Positions 9,240-19,287 of a stretch of 64,000 nucleotides of DNA are shown here, piece after piece. This DNA comes from Coxiellaceae bacterium (GTDB lineage: Bacteria; Pseudomonadota; Gammaproteobacteria; Coxiellales; Coxiellaceae). The stretch lies in the NCBI GenBank assembly GCA_011523685.1, contig WTGG01000027.1, forward strand, positions 52,980-116,979, in the 5' to 3' direction. Each line of letters begins with the position of its first letter. Position 1 is the first letter of the stretch. Below the pieces are notes generated by a model. That model was not told where the DNA came from and searched no databases. It worked only from the letters and a program-made list of their open reading frames with translations. The position numbers and the translations under genes were made by a program.

Positions 9240-9599
9240 TTATTTTAGATTATAAGCCCTTATTAATAATGACTTTTTTATCTTAACTGGATGGCACCCC
9301 TCAATGAGCGCAATCCCTTCTTTTTTAGAAAGTGTCATTAATGATTTCGGTCTCATAAATGGCTGACTTTGAGTAGTTATATTTTTCGTATAAGTGGATC
9401 CTGACTGAGATCCTCCTGAATTAAAACCTTTGTTGGTAACGGTAATGGTTTTTTGACCTAAGGATTTTGAGAAGTAATCCGCATCATCTCGATCATTTAG
9501 GGTAAAAGTGACTTTGACCTTCGCATGTAAAAAACCTTTTGAATCGTTAACACCATACACAGAGGTTATTTGAAAAAGGTATTGAACGAGGGCCATCAA
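9240..9599 (-). pseudogene. TraG/VirD4-type coupling protein, C-terminal remnant
   Basis: ...FTLNDRDDADYFSKSLGQKTITV...GGSQSGS...RPKSLMTLSKKEGIALIEGCHPVKIKK... follows the VirD4/TraG C-terminal pattern (F.VND.eTA.y.S..LG..Tv ... RPLmtp.Ev..L...e.i.l..g..Pi...k). The N-terminal ~500 aa are absent. Confidence 0.65.
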
Positions 9600-10043
9600 T
9601 GAATCAAACTTGCTTTACCCTTGATTATTAACAACACCAAAAGCTAGCGGGGTTAACTTATTTGGCTATGGAGTCATTGCTGTAACGGTTACACAATAAC
9701 CATCAAGCATGAAACGCGAAGTTTAACTGTACATTCCAAAAAATCAAATAATCATGTTTTGATTAGTATAATTAAGACGATGCGATGAGGTGTTATCAGA
9801 CGCGCACTTTTACTCTCTTAATTTGAAATGCATCACTATTTTTTTCTATAGAGCGATAAATTAATGATCAAAATAGTGACAACATAACTCACAAATAACA
9901 CGCTATGCTTCAGCCTTGAGACACATCACAGTGCTAGAATTAACAAAATTAGCCTGGATAAACCCTCATATAATAATTTCTTAATTTTTATTTTACCGAT
10001 TATACGTTACGGTAGTTATCAGTTTTTTTTTAAGGAATTTCTT

Positions 10044-10928
10044 ATGCCAAAACAGGATAGTGCTCAACTTTTACAATTACGTGAAGCCTTTATTGCATAC
10101 TCAAACTCCCAAACAGAAGCTAACCAAGATGTTTTTCGCATAGCCTACCTTAACTATATCCGGCAGCTTACGACGCAGATTTCCCTTCCTGAAAAAGATG
10201 AAGATATCGAATTTGTTCAGGGGAATCTCATCAAGAATGTTTTTAGTGCAATAACAACTGAGCTCAGCCCCTGTTACACTGCTGAGATACGTGACCAGCA
10301 TTTTCCAACAGCCGCCCTCGTATCTATTCCCTATCAATATCGAAAAACAAGCCTAGAGCATACTTCACCACCCCGATCAAATCGGGCAGATAAAAACACG
10401 ATTAATCATACAATCTCTTCGCACACTAAAGCATCGATTGCTGAACTCATGCTGTTTTTCACACAGACACTGACCCACCAATCAATATCTATTGAGTCAC
10501 CTCGGTCTGCCTCATTACTATCGGAAGCGACTATACCCCAAGAAGTAAACACTGCTATAAAAGCCTCTCTTGCCATTCAACTAGGGGAACCCTATGAAAG
10601 CCATCGCAAAAACTACAATGATCTACTCAGCGATATTAACGCCATCAAAGAAAAATCTCATTCAAAAATTAGTTATTTAACACTCCTACAGTCTGCCACC
10701 CTATTTCCGATTGCAGCTCAATTTGCACATCTGCTCAAATACCAAGAACAACTACCATTACAATCACTCAATAACTACCAGGACTCCGTAAAAAATGAAG
10801 TCTCCCGCTATAATTATGAAGAAAACATAGAAAGAGCCTTATGCGTATTCTCGCCCGTTCGTGAACAAGTTAATTACCAAGAGATACCTGACTCCTCTCA
10901 TCAAATAACACTCAATATCACCTCATAA
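10044..10928 (+). CDS. hypothetical protein (294 aa)
   Basis: Long ORF with no recognisable motif. Gln/Ser/Thr rich. Confidence 0.6.
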   Translation: MPKQDSAQLLQLREAFIAYSNSQTEANQDVFRIAYLNYIRQLTTQISLPEKDEDIEFVQGNLIKNVFSAITTELSPCYTAEIRDQHFPTAALVSIPYQYRKTSLEHTSPPRSNRADKNTINHTISSHTKASIAELMLFFTQTLTHQSISIESPRSASLLSEATIPQEVNTAIKASLAIQLGEPYESHRKNYNDLLSDINAIKEKSHSKISYLTLLQSATLFPIAAQFAHLLKYQEQLPLQSLNNYQDSVKNEVSRYNYEENIERALCVFSPVREQVNYQEIPDSSHQITLNITS

Positions 10929-10951
10929 AGTAACAACCGAGTAAAGACTGG

Positions 10952-12448
10952 CTATTTAGAAGAAGACAAATAGGCCTCTATGGACTTCTTCTCGTTAGGT
11001 GATAAAAATAAACCTAATTTACTGCGCCGCCAAATAATGTCATCGACCGATCGAGCCCATTCATGCTCTACAAGATAATCCACTTCACGCTGATACAAAC
11101 CTGCACCGAAATGCTGACCCAAATCACTCATCATCCGACAACCCTGCAACAACCGTCTTGCCTCCATGCCATAACTCAACCAGTAACGCTGAACCATATC
11201 ATCCAATAGGCCTGCATATTGTGTTTGAAGGGATTCTAACGCTTGACGAGCCGACAATCCAATCAAATCACCACCTGGTAGCTTAGCTGAAGCGGTCCAT
11301 GATTGTCCCATGGTTGGAAAATAGGGTTTTAACTGAGTCATAACATCCTCTGCCAATACACGGTGCGTTGTGATTTTGCCGCCATAGACATGTATTGCAG
11401 GTGCGCAGTTTGGATCATTATCTATCATTAAATGGAAATCTCGTGATATTTCAGAAGCAGAAGCATTTTCCCCTCCACTATACAACGTTCTAACGCCACT
11501 ATAACTCCAAACAATATCCTCAGCATCGATAGGCTGTTTAAAGTAACGACTCACTTCACGACACAAATAGGAACACTCTTCTTCAGACATATAAGGTTGA
11601 TATAAATCACCGGTATAAACTTGATCCGTTGTTCCAACCAATGTGAACCTTTTTTGATAGGGTATCGTAAAGATGACACGCTTATCCGTAGTCTGAAAAA
11701 TGTACGCGTGATCCCCATGATAGCATCGCGGGATCACAAAATGACTACCTTGTACCAAAGTTGCTTTTGCAGTAACTTTTGACTGAATAACATCCGTCGC
11801 CACCTTTTCTACCCAGGGGCCAGCAGCATTAACGATAGCTTTTGCATGAATTTCACTGGACTCACCAGTATGTGAATCTTTTAACTTAACCTTCCATTGA
11901 TCACCCATTTGAACAGCCTGATAACACGCTGTATGTAGTCGAATGTCAGCCCCCTTTTCCGCAGCCAAGCGTGCAGTCAATACAACCAATCGCGCATCGT
12001 CAGTTTGACAGTCATAATAACTGAACCCTGTTTTGTAATGAGACTGTAATGCATCGCCATATAAACCACACCTAAGCGATAAACGCTTTGAACGGGGCAA
12101 TGAACCTCCCAATGCCAAACTATCGTATAACCATAAACCACACTGCAGTACCCAAGCAGGCCGTCGTTGCCGTTCATAAGGCAGAATAAATTCTAAAGGT
12201 CGCACTAGGAACGGTGCCTTTTTCATTAACACCTCACGCTCTTTCAACGCTTTTCTCACTAAACTAAATTCATACTGTTCTAAATAACGCAAACCACCAT
12301 GAATTAATTTGGTACTCCAATTAGACGTTGCGCATGCTAGATCACCTTGCTCACACAAACACACTGACAAGCCGCGGCCGGCTGCGTCGCAAGCTATAGC
12401 AACACCGTTAATACCGCCACCTAATACAACGAGATCAAATGATTCCAT
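10952..12448 (-). CDS. glpD: aerobic glycerol-3-phosphate dehydrogenase (FAD)
   Basis: FAD fold DLVVLGGGINGVAIACDAAGRGL and GlpD-like sequence over the full length. Start set at MESFDLVV. Confidence 0.9.
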   Translation of the reverse strand: MESFDLVVLGGGINGVAIACDAAGRGLSVCLCEQGDLACATSNWSTKLIHGGLRYLEQYEFSLVRKALKEREVLMKKAPFLVRPLEFILPYERQRRPAWVLQCGLWLYDSLALGGSLPRSKRLSLRCGLYGDALQSHYKTGFSYYDCQTDDARLVVLTARLAAEKGADIRLHTACYQAVQMGDQWKVKLKDSHTGESSEIHAKAIVNAAGPWVEKVATDVIQSKVTAKATLVQGSHFVIPRCYHGDHAYIFQTTDKRVIFTIPYQKRFTLVGTTDQVYTGDLYQPYMSEEECSYLCREVSRYFKQPIDAEDIVWSYSGVRTLYSGGENASASEISRDFHLMIDNDPNCAPAIHVYGGKITTHRVLAEDVMTQLKPYFPTMGQSWTASAKLPGGDLIGLSARQALESLQTQYAGLLDDMVQRYWLSYGMEARRLLQGCRMMSDLGQHFGAGLYQREVDYLVEHEWARSVDDIIWRRSKLGLFLSPNEKKSIEAYLSSSK

Positions 12449-12520
12449 AAAACGGCACCTTTTCAATCAGTGATAATACGCATTATAGATCATTGCTCAC
12501 AAAAATACCGATAACTATGA

Positions 12521-12556
12521 AAAAATGGCGGCTCCTCCTGACTGAAAGAGCCACTA
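12521..12556 (-). terminator. weak hairpin with T run downstream of the SBP gene
   Basis: The minus strand reads GTGGCTC-loop-GAGCCGCCA-TTTTTT. The stem is short. Confidence 0.3.
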
Positions 12557-12606
12557 TTGAACATCAGGACATTGTATTGTACTTACTATAATCCGTGCAA
12601 GAACGA

Positions 12607-13476
12607 TTAGTTAGAACAAAGATCACCTAAAACACCAGCTTGTGTTAAGCGCTGAATCCAAGTCCTATAAAGACCACCGTCATGAAAATAAGTAAAGAAA
12701 ATATGATAATTCTCCCCTAACGATAAATTAGGCAATGAAATTAGCTTGGCAACCAATGCATAGCTGTCTGGATTTTTTTGCGAAAAGTCTTTTTTAGTAA
12801 TAATCATAGGATTAGGCACATTATGAACCTCTAACAAAATACGACCCTGAGCAGGCGCCGAACTATTCGATGACCACCACATCGAAGCTGCTTTAACCTG
12901 ATCTTTGAGTAATGCCTTTTTTGCTTCCTCGTTCGTTTTAACTTGGAGTGGCTTAAAGCCTATATTGTAAGCCTTCAACAAATAACGAGGAATCACATTA
13001 CCACTGATAGATAATTTATCTGATAATGCAATGCGCTGCCCATCAAGATCATTGACAGACTGTATTTTTGGATCATAGCTGACAATGCCTACATTGTAGG
13101 CTTGTGACCCAACCTGACTATCCGGCAGAGAAGTCATAACTAATAATAAGGGTTCATAAGGTAAATTATTATTGGAGATAGAATACAACTCAGGTATATG
13201 ACCATAAAAGAGATCGACATCGCCAGACTTCACAGCTGATAGCAAATGACAACGATCTTGATATTGATGAAAAACAATAGAATGCTTTAAACCTTGATTC
13301 AAATAATTCTGAATCTTCTTATCAGAAAAAAAGCTCTTACTATCTGTATAACCAATAACTATTGGCTTATCGTTTAATGTAGAATTTTGACCCACCCCCA
13401 TATTTGAATCAGCCAAAGCTGAAGAAATAAGGCAGGACGCCATAAAACCCAGTAAAAACCTTTTTAAAAAAACCAT
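12607..13476 (-). CDS. periplasmic substrate-binding protein, PhnD-like (phosphonate/phosphite ABC SBP family), orphan
   Basis: Signal peptide, then ...DLDGQRIALSDKLSISGNVIPRYLLKA... typical of the PhnD-type SBP fold. Start at ATG 13476 behind AAGGAGGG. No permease or ATPase genes adjacent. Confidence 0.55.
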   Translation of the reverse strand: MVFLKRFLLGFMASCLISSALADSNMGVGQNSTLNDKPIVIGYTDSKSFFSDKKIQNYLNQGLKHSIVFHQYQDRCHLLSAVKSGDVDLFYGHIPELYSISNNNLPYEPLLLVMTSLPDSQVGSQAYNVGIVSYDPKIQSVNDLDGQRIALSDKLSISGNVIPRYLLKAYNIGFKPLQVKTNEEAKKALLKDQVKAASMWWSSNSSAPAQGRILLEVHNVPNPMIITKKDFSQKNPDSYALVAKLISLPNLSLGENYHIFFTYFHDGGLYRTWIQRLTQAGVLGDLCSN

Positions 13477-13612
13477 CACTCCCTCCTTGTGAACATACAA
13501 CATTACAGTTGATCAATATATGACAGGAATTATGTCTAAACAAGACTAACAATTCGCTCTTGATTCAAATGATGTATATGCGAAGATAGTCTCTTATTAT
13601 TTCAGACGAGGT

Positions 13613-15103
13613 ATGAGCGTGACACACTATCTAATGGCACTTGACCAAGGCACCACCAGCACGCGCGCGATTATTTTTACATCGCACGGTGACATTGTTG
13701 CGCAGCATCAGCTACCCATACAACTTAGCTATCCACAGAATGCCTGGATAGAACAAGACCCTGAAGCCATATGGCAAACCACTGTTACTTGTATTCAACA
13801 AGCCTTGCAACAAGCTAACCTGCAAGCGAGCGACATATCAGCACTTGGCATCTCTAATCAACGTGAAACCACGTGTGTGTGGAACAAAGAAACTCACACG
13901 CCTATTTACCCTGCTATCGTATGGCAAGATCGTCGTACCGCAGATGCATGTGACTCATTATCCAAACAACCCAACACAACACAGTTACTACAAGATAAAA
14001 CCGGCCTATTACCCGACCCATACTTCTCCGCTACAAAACTTGCCTGGATCTTGGATCATGTTGAAGGTGCTAGAGCTGACGCTGAATCAGGCAAACTAGC
14101 TTTTGGAACCATCGATAGCTTCTTATTATGGAGACTAACGGGTGGTAATGTTCACCTAACCGATGCAACCAACGCCTCTCGTACGTTACTCTTTAATATC
14201 AACACACAAAATTGGGACGAGGATCTACTAGAGCTCTTTAACATACCAGCAAACATGTTACCCACCGTTTGCGACTCTGCACATGCCTTTGGTGAAACAC
14301 AATCCAATCTATTTGGATCACCTATTCCCATTACCGCTATATTAGGCGACCAACAAGCTGCTACCGTGGGTCAATGCTGCTTTAAACCCGGCATGATCAA
14401 GAGCACCTATGGCACTGGGTGTTTTATGCTACTCAACACTGGTGAACAAAAAGTCACCTCACAGCATCGCCTACTCACCACCGTTGCCTATCGTATCCAT
14501 CAGCAAACGACCTATGCACTTGAAGGCAGTATTTTCATGGCTGGCGCTACTGTGCAATGGCTCTGTGATATCTTAGGGTTAATTAAGGATGCCAAAGATA
14601 CGCAAGCACTCGCTGAAAAAATTGATCACACCAATGGTGTCTATTTAGTGCCTGCCTTTACAGGTTTAGGTGCCCCCTATTGGGATCCAGATGCACGTGG
14701 TGCTTTAGTGGGTCTTACGCGAGATAGCCGTATTGAACACATTGCAAGGGCGGCTCTTGAAGCCGTGTGCTACCAAACCAACGATCTGATGCAAGCGATG
14801 TTAACCGATTACAATGGTACCATTGCCACACTGCGCGTTGATGGTGGTATGGCTTCTAATGACTGGCTACTGCAATTTTTAAGTGACATCTTACACACAC
14901 CGGTACAACGCCCACAATGTTTAGAATCTAGCGCATTAGGAGCCGCCTGGATGGCGGGGTTAGGCGTGGGTCTCTTCAAATCACTGCACGATCTGTCGCA
15001 ACACTGGTCACTCAAGGAAAACTTTGAACCCACGATGTCTGCATCACAACGCAACGACCTACTCAAAGGCTGGGATCAGGCCATTGCACGCGTCGTTCAA
15101 TAG
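13613..15103 (+). CDS. glpK: glycerol kinase
   Basis: ALDQGTTSTRAIIF, FGTIDSFLLWRLTGG and GDQQAATVGQ are canonical FGGY glycerol kinase motifs. Confidence 0.95.
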   Translation: MSVTHYLMALDQGTTSTRAIIFTSHGDIVAQHQLPIQLSYPQNAWIEQDPEAIWQTTVTCIQQALQQANLQASDISALGISNQRETTCVWNKETHTPIYPAIVWQDRRTADACDSLSKQPNTTQLLQDKTGLLPDPYFSATKLAWILDHVEGARADAESGKLAFGTIDSFLLWRLTGGNVHLTDATNASRTLLFNINTQNWDEDLLELFNIPANMLPTVCDSAHAFGETQSNLFGSPIPITAILGDQQAATVGQCCFKPGMIKSTYGTGCFMLLNTGEQKVTSQHRLLTTVAYRIHQQTTYALEGSIFMAGATVQWLCDILGLIKDAKDTQALAEKIDHTNGVYLVPAFTGLGAPYWDPDARGALVGLTRDSRIEHIARAALEAVCYQTNDLMQAMLTDYNGTIATLRVDGGMASNDWLLQFLSDILHTPVQRPQCLESSALGAAWMAGLGVGLFKSLHDLSQHWSLKENFEPTMSASQRNDLLKGWDQAIARVVQ

Positions 15104-15117
15104 TATCAGATAGTAAA

Positions 15118-15825
15118 TTAAACGCCGCTATTCAGATGACTATAGCCTTCTTGTGACTGAGGATGAGAAGCTTGATATTTCGTCATTGTAACTGCAAACA
15201 TTCCAGCCAAGGCTGCCGAAGCGGGCAACACAGCAACCTCGGGAATAGGTTGTTCTTTACCCAGAATATCGAATACTGCATTCACGACACCTAAAAGCGT
15301 AAAGCCTGACACTGTTACAAGTAGATGATTACGTTCTTTACTCCACATATCCGTGTTTCCCACTAAACTCCACAACCCTATTAAAGCAGCTGCAATACCA
15401 ACGGCATTCTCCACGAGTGGTAAAAATGGTTGTGCATCACTGTCGTCATCAACTGTTTGTTCAAATACTGCCGGAACAACGGTTAAACCCAGCAATAAGA
15501 ATGGTAAAAACACGCGAACAAAAGGCTGAATGACTTCTTTAAATGCTTTAGAAAACTGCTGCTGACTGCTTGAAGAAACATATTTTCCCTCTAATGCCAC
15601 ACCACCCAACACAGAAGTTACCATACCAAACCAACCTAAGAGCGGCATGGCCAACTCTGGGGTATCTACAAAATTAGACAATACTTCCTCGGTAATCACA
15701 AAGCCTGTTATTCCAGCTAATAGATGTCGATTCTGATGAATAGATTGAAGCCAAGAGCTTGATGCTGCTTGAGAATTTTCTAACAAAGAGGCTTCTAAAT
15801 CATTATTTTCCACACCATCTTTCAT
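15118..15825 (-). CDS. hypothetical multi-pass membrane protein
   Basis: Several hydrophobic helices and no known family. Start set at MKDGVENN (GGAGG RBS), because the promoter-like box lies inside the longer TTG-initiated ORF. Confidence 0.6.
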   Translation of the reverse strand: MKDGVENNDLEASLLENSQAASSSWLQSIHQNRHLLAGITGFVITEEVLSNFVDTPELAMPLLGWFGMVTSVLGGVALEGKYVSSSSQQQFSKAFKEVIQPFVRVFLPFLLLGLTVVPAVFEQTVDDDSDAQPFLPLVENAVGIAAALIGLWSLVGNTDMWSKERNHLLVTVSGFTLLGVVNAVFDILGKEQPIPEVAVLPASAALAGMFAVTMTKYQASHPQSQEGYSHLNSGV

Positions 15826-15872
15826 ACCCGACCTCCACAATAAAAAAGAGCATTTATACGGAAAATAGGTCA

Positions 15873-15898
15873 ATTATGTCAAATTAAGAGACAATTAA
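15873..15898 (-). promoter_or_regulatory. PmrA-like tandem box TTAATTGTCTCTTAAT plus CATAAT
   Basis: Minus strand has TTAAT (15898-15894), a 6-nt spacer, TTAAT (15887-15883), then TTGA and CATAAT (15878-15873). Spacing to the -10 differs from the other two boxes. Confidence 0.35.
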
Positions 15899-16025
15899 TT
15901 ACTAGCTCAGGAGAATCCATACACGTTGCCTCCCCCAAGTAAAACTAACTTTTTACTAGATTTATGATAACGATAGAGACTCTACAAACCATTTAAACCA
16001 ACAATCACATGATTGGTCATGTAAT

Positions 16026-16760
16026 TTAGCTAGAGGTTGCAATACACTGCAACAACTCCTTCACTTCCGCATCGGTCAATTCTCTACTTTGACCTTTAGG
16101 CAAATTCTTTGGCAAGATCACACTACCAAAGCGCACGCGCATGAGACGACTCACAACCACCTGTTGTGACTCCCACAAACGACGCACTAAGCGGTTTCGT
16201 CCTTCTTTCACTAACACATGAAACCAATGATTACTGCCTTTACCGCCTGAATCGACCACGTGCTCGAATCGCGCCATGCCATCATCTAATTTCACACCCC
16301 GTGTGATACGTTTGACCATCGCAGCATCCACATCACCTAGAATACGAACCGCATACTCACGCTCGATAGCACTGGAAGGGTGCATCAATCGATTCGCTAA
16401 CTGACCATCATTGGTCAGCAATAATAATCCAGACGTATTGATATCTAGTCGGCCGACACTGACCCAACGCGCATGATGCAAGGCCGGCAAATGATCAAAT
16501 ACGGTTGCACGCCCCTCTGGATCTTGTCGCGTACAAATCTGGCCTTCTGGCTTGTGATATAACAATACCCGTGCAGGCTGATCTTCTTGAATGGTAATGG
16601 ACTTACCATCCACCTTGACCTGATCATCAACCCCAATGCGATCACCTAGCTTTGCTAGCTTATCGTTGACGACGATACGCCCATCTTGAATCCAACGCTC
16701 AATTTCACGGCGCGAGGCGAAGCCTTGGCGTGCCAAAACTTTTTGAATTTTTTCTGTCAT
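16026..16760 (-). CDS. rluB: 23S rRNA pseudouridine synthase B
   Basis: S4 domain N-terminus and the RsuA/RluB motif GRLDINTSGLLLLTNDG. Confidence 0.85.
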   Translation of the reverse strand: MTEKIQKVLARQGFASRREIERWIQDGRIVVNDKLAKLGDRIGVDDQVKVDGKSITIQEDQPARVLLYHKPEGQICTRQDPEGRATVFDHLPALHHARWVSVGRLDINTSGLLLLTNDGQLANRLMHPSSAIEREYAVRILGDVDAAMVKRITRGVKLDDGMARFEHVVDSGGKGSNHWFHVLVKEGRNRLVRRLWESQQVVVSRLMRVRFGSVILPKNLPKGQSRELTDAEVKELLQCIATSS

Positions 16761-16797
16761 GAGGAAGTTCTTCTAATTACTGATCAAGGAAACGGGT

Positions 16798-17727
16798 TTA
16801 TACCAGCTCTACGGGTTCTTTAGCAACTGCAGTCACATCTGTTAAGGCATCACTATTTCCTACTGGCTCAGATTGTATCGACGATTCATCGCTAGTTTCA
16901 TCCGCAGCCTCTTCTTCTTCCTCTGAGGCAACCCAAGTTGAACGTGCCGCTTCAATGGCCTCTAAACGCTCATCGGCATCGGCCAATACAGCAGCAATTT
17001 CTTCATCACTAACGCTTGGTGTAATCACGACCGCTTCCGCTGGAGCACTCACATCACTCGATACTGCATCAGTAGCGTCAGATCCTGCCTCGGCTGTGTT
17101 ATCGGAAGATGCTTGTAGTGCTTTATCAATCGCCTGATTAGTATCCATGCTCAAATGCAGTTGCTCGGATAACACTTGCTCAACCTCTTCTAAATCCATC
17201 GATTCTTTCAAGGTAGGCAGCTCAGATAAAGCTGTTACATTAAAGTCATCCAGAAATTGCTTAGTGGTAGCAAAGAGTGCTGGCTTACCGGGTGTATCGC
17301 GATAACCAGCTTCTTTAATCCAATCACGATCTATTAATGTACGTATGATATTAGAACTCACAACGACACCACGCACATCTTCAATCTCCGCACGAGTGAT
17401 CGGTTGACGATAGATAATCAGAGCTAAGGTTTCTAGTAGAGCACGCGAATAGCGAGGCGGTTTTTTCTCCCATAAACGTGATAACCAAGGTGACCATTGT
17501 TGAGCGGCTTGAAAACGATAACCCGTCGCCACTTCAACTAACTCAACACCACGACCTTCGTACATCGCTGCTAATGTTTGCAAGTCTGCTTTAATTTCTG
17601 CAGCTGTTGGGCAAACCTCTTCAGGAAATAATCCGCGTAATTTATCGACCGTTAACGGTGTTGCCGATGCGAATAAAGCCGCTTCTAAAATACATTGTTG
17701 TTCCGTCATTGTGTCAGACATAATCAT
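16798..17727 (-). CDS. scpB: segregation and condensation protein B with a long acidic C-terminal tail
   Basis: EAALFAS.TPLT..KL and ETLALIIYRQPITRAEIEDVRGV. The start overlaps the scpA stop (TAATG). The last ~110 aa are low-complexity Ser/Ala/Glu/Asp. Confidence 0.9.
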   Translation of the reverse strand: MIMSDTMTEQQCILEAALFASATPLTVDKLRGLFPEEVCPTAAEIKADLQTLAAMYEGRGVELVEVATGYRFQAAQQWSPWLSRLWEKKPPRYSRALLETLALIIYRQPITRAEIEDVRGVVVSSNIIRTLIDRDWIKEAGYRDTPGKPALFATTKQFLDDFNVTALSELPTLKESMDLEEVEQVLSEQLHLSMDTNQAIDKALQASSDNTAEAGSDATDAVSSDVSAPAEAVVITPSVSDEEIAAVLADADERLEAIEAARSTWVASEEEEEAADETSDESSIQSEPVGNSDALTDVTAVAKEPVELV

Positions 17728-18590
17728 TACTCCGCAGCTGTTGTTGCTTTAACGTGAATAGGGCCACAGATCTCAGCTTGCACAAGCTCCAAGACTTTTT
17801 GTCGCACTAACTCTAAAATCGCAATCAAAGAGACCACCACACCCACGCGCCCCTCTTTGACATCAAATAAACTGGTAAACTCAATAAAAGTATCGGGTGA
17901 AACACGCTCTAATACGAGCGTCATTCGCTCACGGACTGACAAAGCTTCATGAGCCACTTGGTGGTTGGTATACAAACTGGCACGCCGCATCACCGCTTGG
18001 AACGCCTTTAAGATAGCATCGAAAGGTACATCAGGTGGTGGAGCGGACTCTGATAATTCAGGCTTTGCAGCATCCGCAATAAAAATTTCTCGATCAACAC
18101 GAGGTAATTCATCCAATGCTTCTGCAGCCAATTTAAAACGCTCATACTCTTGCAAACGACGCATGAGTTCAGCACGAGGATCCTCACCTTCAGTCTCATC
18201 CTCAGAAGGTGGCTTGGGTAATAATAAGCGTGATTTAATTTCAGCTAACATAGCGGCCATGACTAAATACTCAGACGCTAACTCAATTTCCATCTCTTGC
18301 ATCAGCTCAACATACTCGACGTACTGCTTAGTAATGTCGACGATAGGTATGTTAAGAATATCTATATGCTGCTTTTTAATCAGATAGAGCAGTAAATCAA
18401 GCGGACCTTCAAAGGCTTCTAAAAAAACCTTTAGTGCACCTGGGGGAATATAGAGGTCTTGAGGTAATTCTGTGACCGCTTCACCAAAGACACGAATACT
18501 CGCATCAGCCAGCGCACTTTTTGTCTCAGCATTAAGCTGTGCCTCATCAACCATCTCAACCGGGGCGTCTTGTTCTACAACTTGATTCAT
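17727..18590 (-). CDS. scpA: segregation and condensation protein A (kleisin)
   Basis: FEGPLDLLLYLIKKQHIDILNIPI is the ScpA signature. Translationally coupled to scpB. Confidence 0.9.
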   Translation of the reverse strand: MNQVVEQDAPVEMVDEAQLNAETKSALADASIRVFGEAVTELPQDLYIPPGALKVFLEAFEGPLDLLLYLIKKQHIDILNIPIVDITKQYVEYVELMQEMEIELASEYLVMAAMLAEIKSRLLLPKPPSEDETEGEDPRAELMRRLQEYERFKLAAEALDELPRVDREIFIADAAKPELSESAPPPDVPFDAILKAFQAVMRRASLYTNHQVAHEALSVRERMTLVLERVSPDTFIEFTSLFDVKEGRVGVVVSLIAILELVRQKVLELVQAEICGPIHVKATTAAE

Positions 18591-18669
18591 TTTTAGTCAA
18601 CTCTTCCGCTTTACTGGGTTTTTCATCGCCCTTTCATTTAGGCCAACACAATATAACACAGCCCTGAGT

Positions 18670-19287
18670 CTACTCAAACGGGCTCACATCACCACCACCC
18701 TCACGGATGATCTCAGGAATATCACTGGTTAAATCCACCACCGTGCTAGGTTCACAGAGAGGAAAACCACTGTCCAATAATAGGGTTATCGCAGGATGAC
18801 ACTGTTCTAATGGATCATCATCCCAGTCATGCTGAGTCTCACTGTCTGCAGCAAATAAACTCACACTCAACAGCGGAGCCTCTAAACGCTCCAATAAGCC
18901 AATTGCAACCGGGTGCCCTGTTACTCTCAGACCAATGGTTTTACGTTGTGGGTGACGCAAACGCTTAGGCACTTGTTTTGTCGCTGGCAAAATAAACGTA
19001 TAAGCTCCTGGCACACAAGATTTAATCTGTCTGAAATGAGCATTATTCACCTTTGCGTACTCTGCCATATCTCGAAGGTCACGACATAATACGGTAAATA
19101 AATGTTGATCCTCTAAGGCGCGCACACGGCGAATCAATTGCACACCGGCATGGCTACCGACTTCGCACGCTAAGGTATACCCGGTATCTGTCAAAAAGGC
19201 CACAACACCATCGTCACGCAACACAGAGCAAGCTTGTTGCAAAGCACGTGGCTGTGGATTATCTGGATGGACCTCAATCCGTTGCAT
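18670..19287 (-). CDS. yciO: YciO (Sua5/YrdC/YciO family, threonylcarbamoyl-AMP synthase-like)
   Basis: VHPDNPQPRAL, FTVLCRDLRDMAEY and QRKTIGLRV closely follow E. coli YciO. Start at MQRIEV. Confidence 0.85.
   Translation of the reverse strand: MQRIEVHPDNPQPRALQQACSVLRDDGVVAFLTDTGYTLACEVGSHAGVQLIRRVRALEDQHLFTVLCRDLRDMAEYAKVNNAHFRQIKSCVPGAYTFILPATKQVPKRLRHPQRKTIGLRVTGHPVAIGLLERLEAPLLSVSLFAADSETQHDWDDDPLEQCHPAITLLLDSGFPLCEPSTVVDLTSDIPEIIREGGGDVSPFE

Noticed and set aside
9985-10010. PmrA-like box upstream of ORF 10044-10928 (cTTAATTTTTATTTTAC).
   Set aside because: Only the first TTAAT unit is present. The second is TTTAC, which is indistinguishable from AT-rich background.
17965-18387. 140-aa + ORF, and many similar listed ORFs: 423-647, 6048-6233, 10101-10337, 11977-12177, 13845-14099, 14809-15066, 16445-16645, 16955-17137, 18008-18199, 24907-25200, 26403-26666, 47150-47448, 48636-48995, 49281-49600, 52191-52457, 53548-53999, 54048-54746, 55188-55373, 56228-56888, 58425-58607, 59517-59750, 60079-60261, 60692-61292, 62223-62408.
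   Set aside because: All lie inside, or antisense to, longer ORFs with clear homology or better coding features. They are typical shadow frames.
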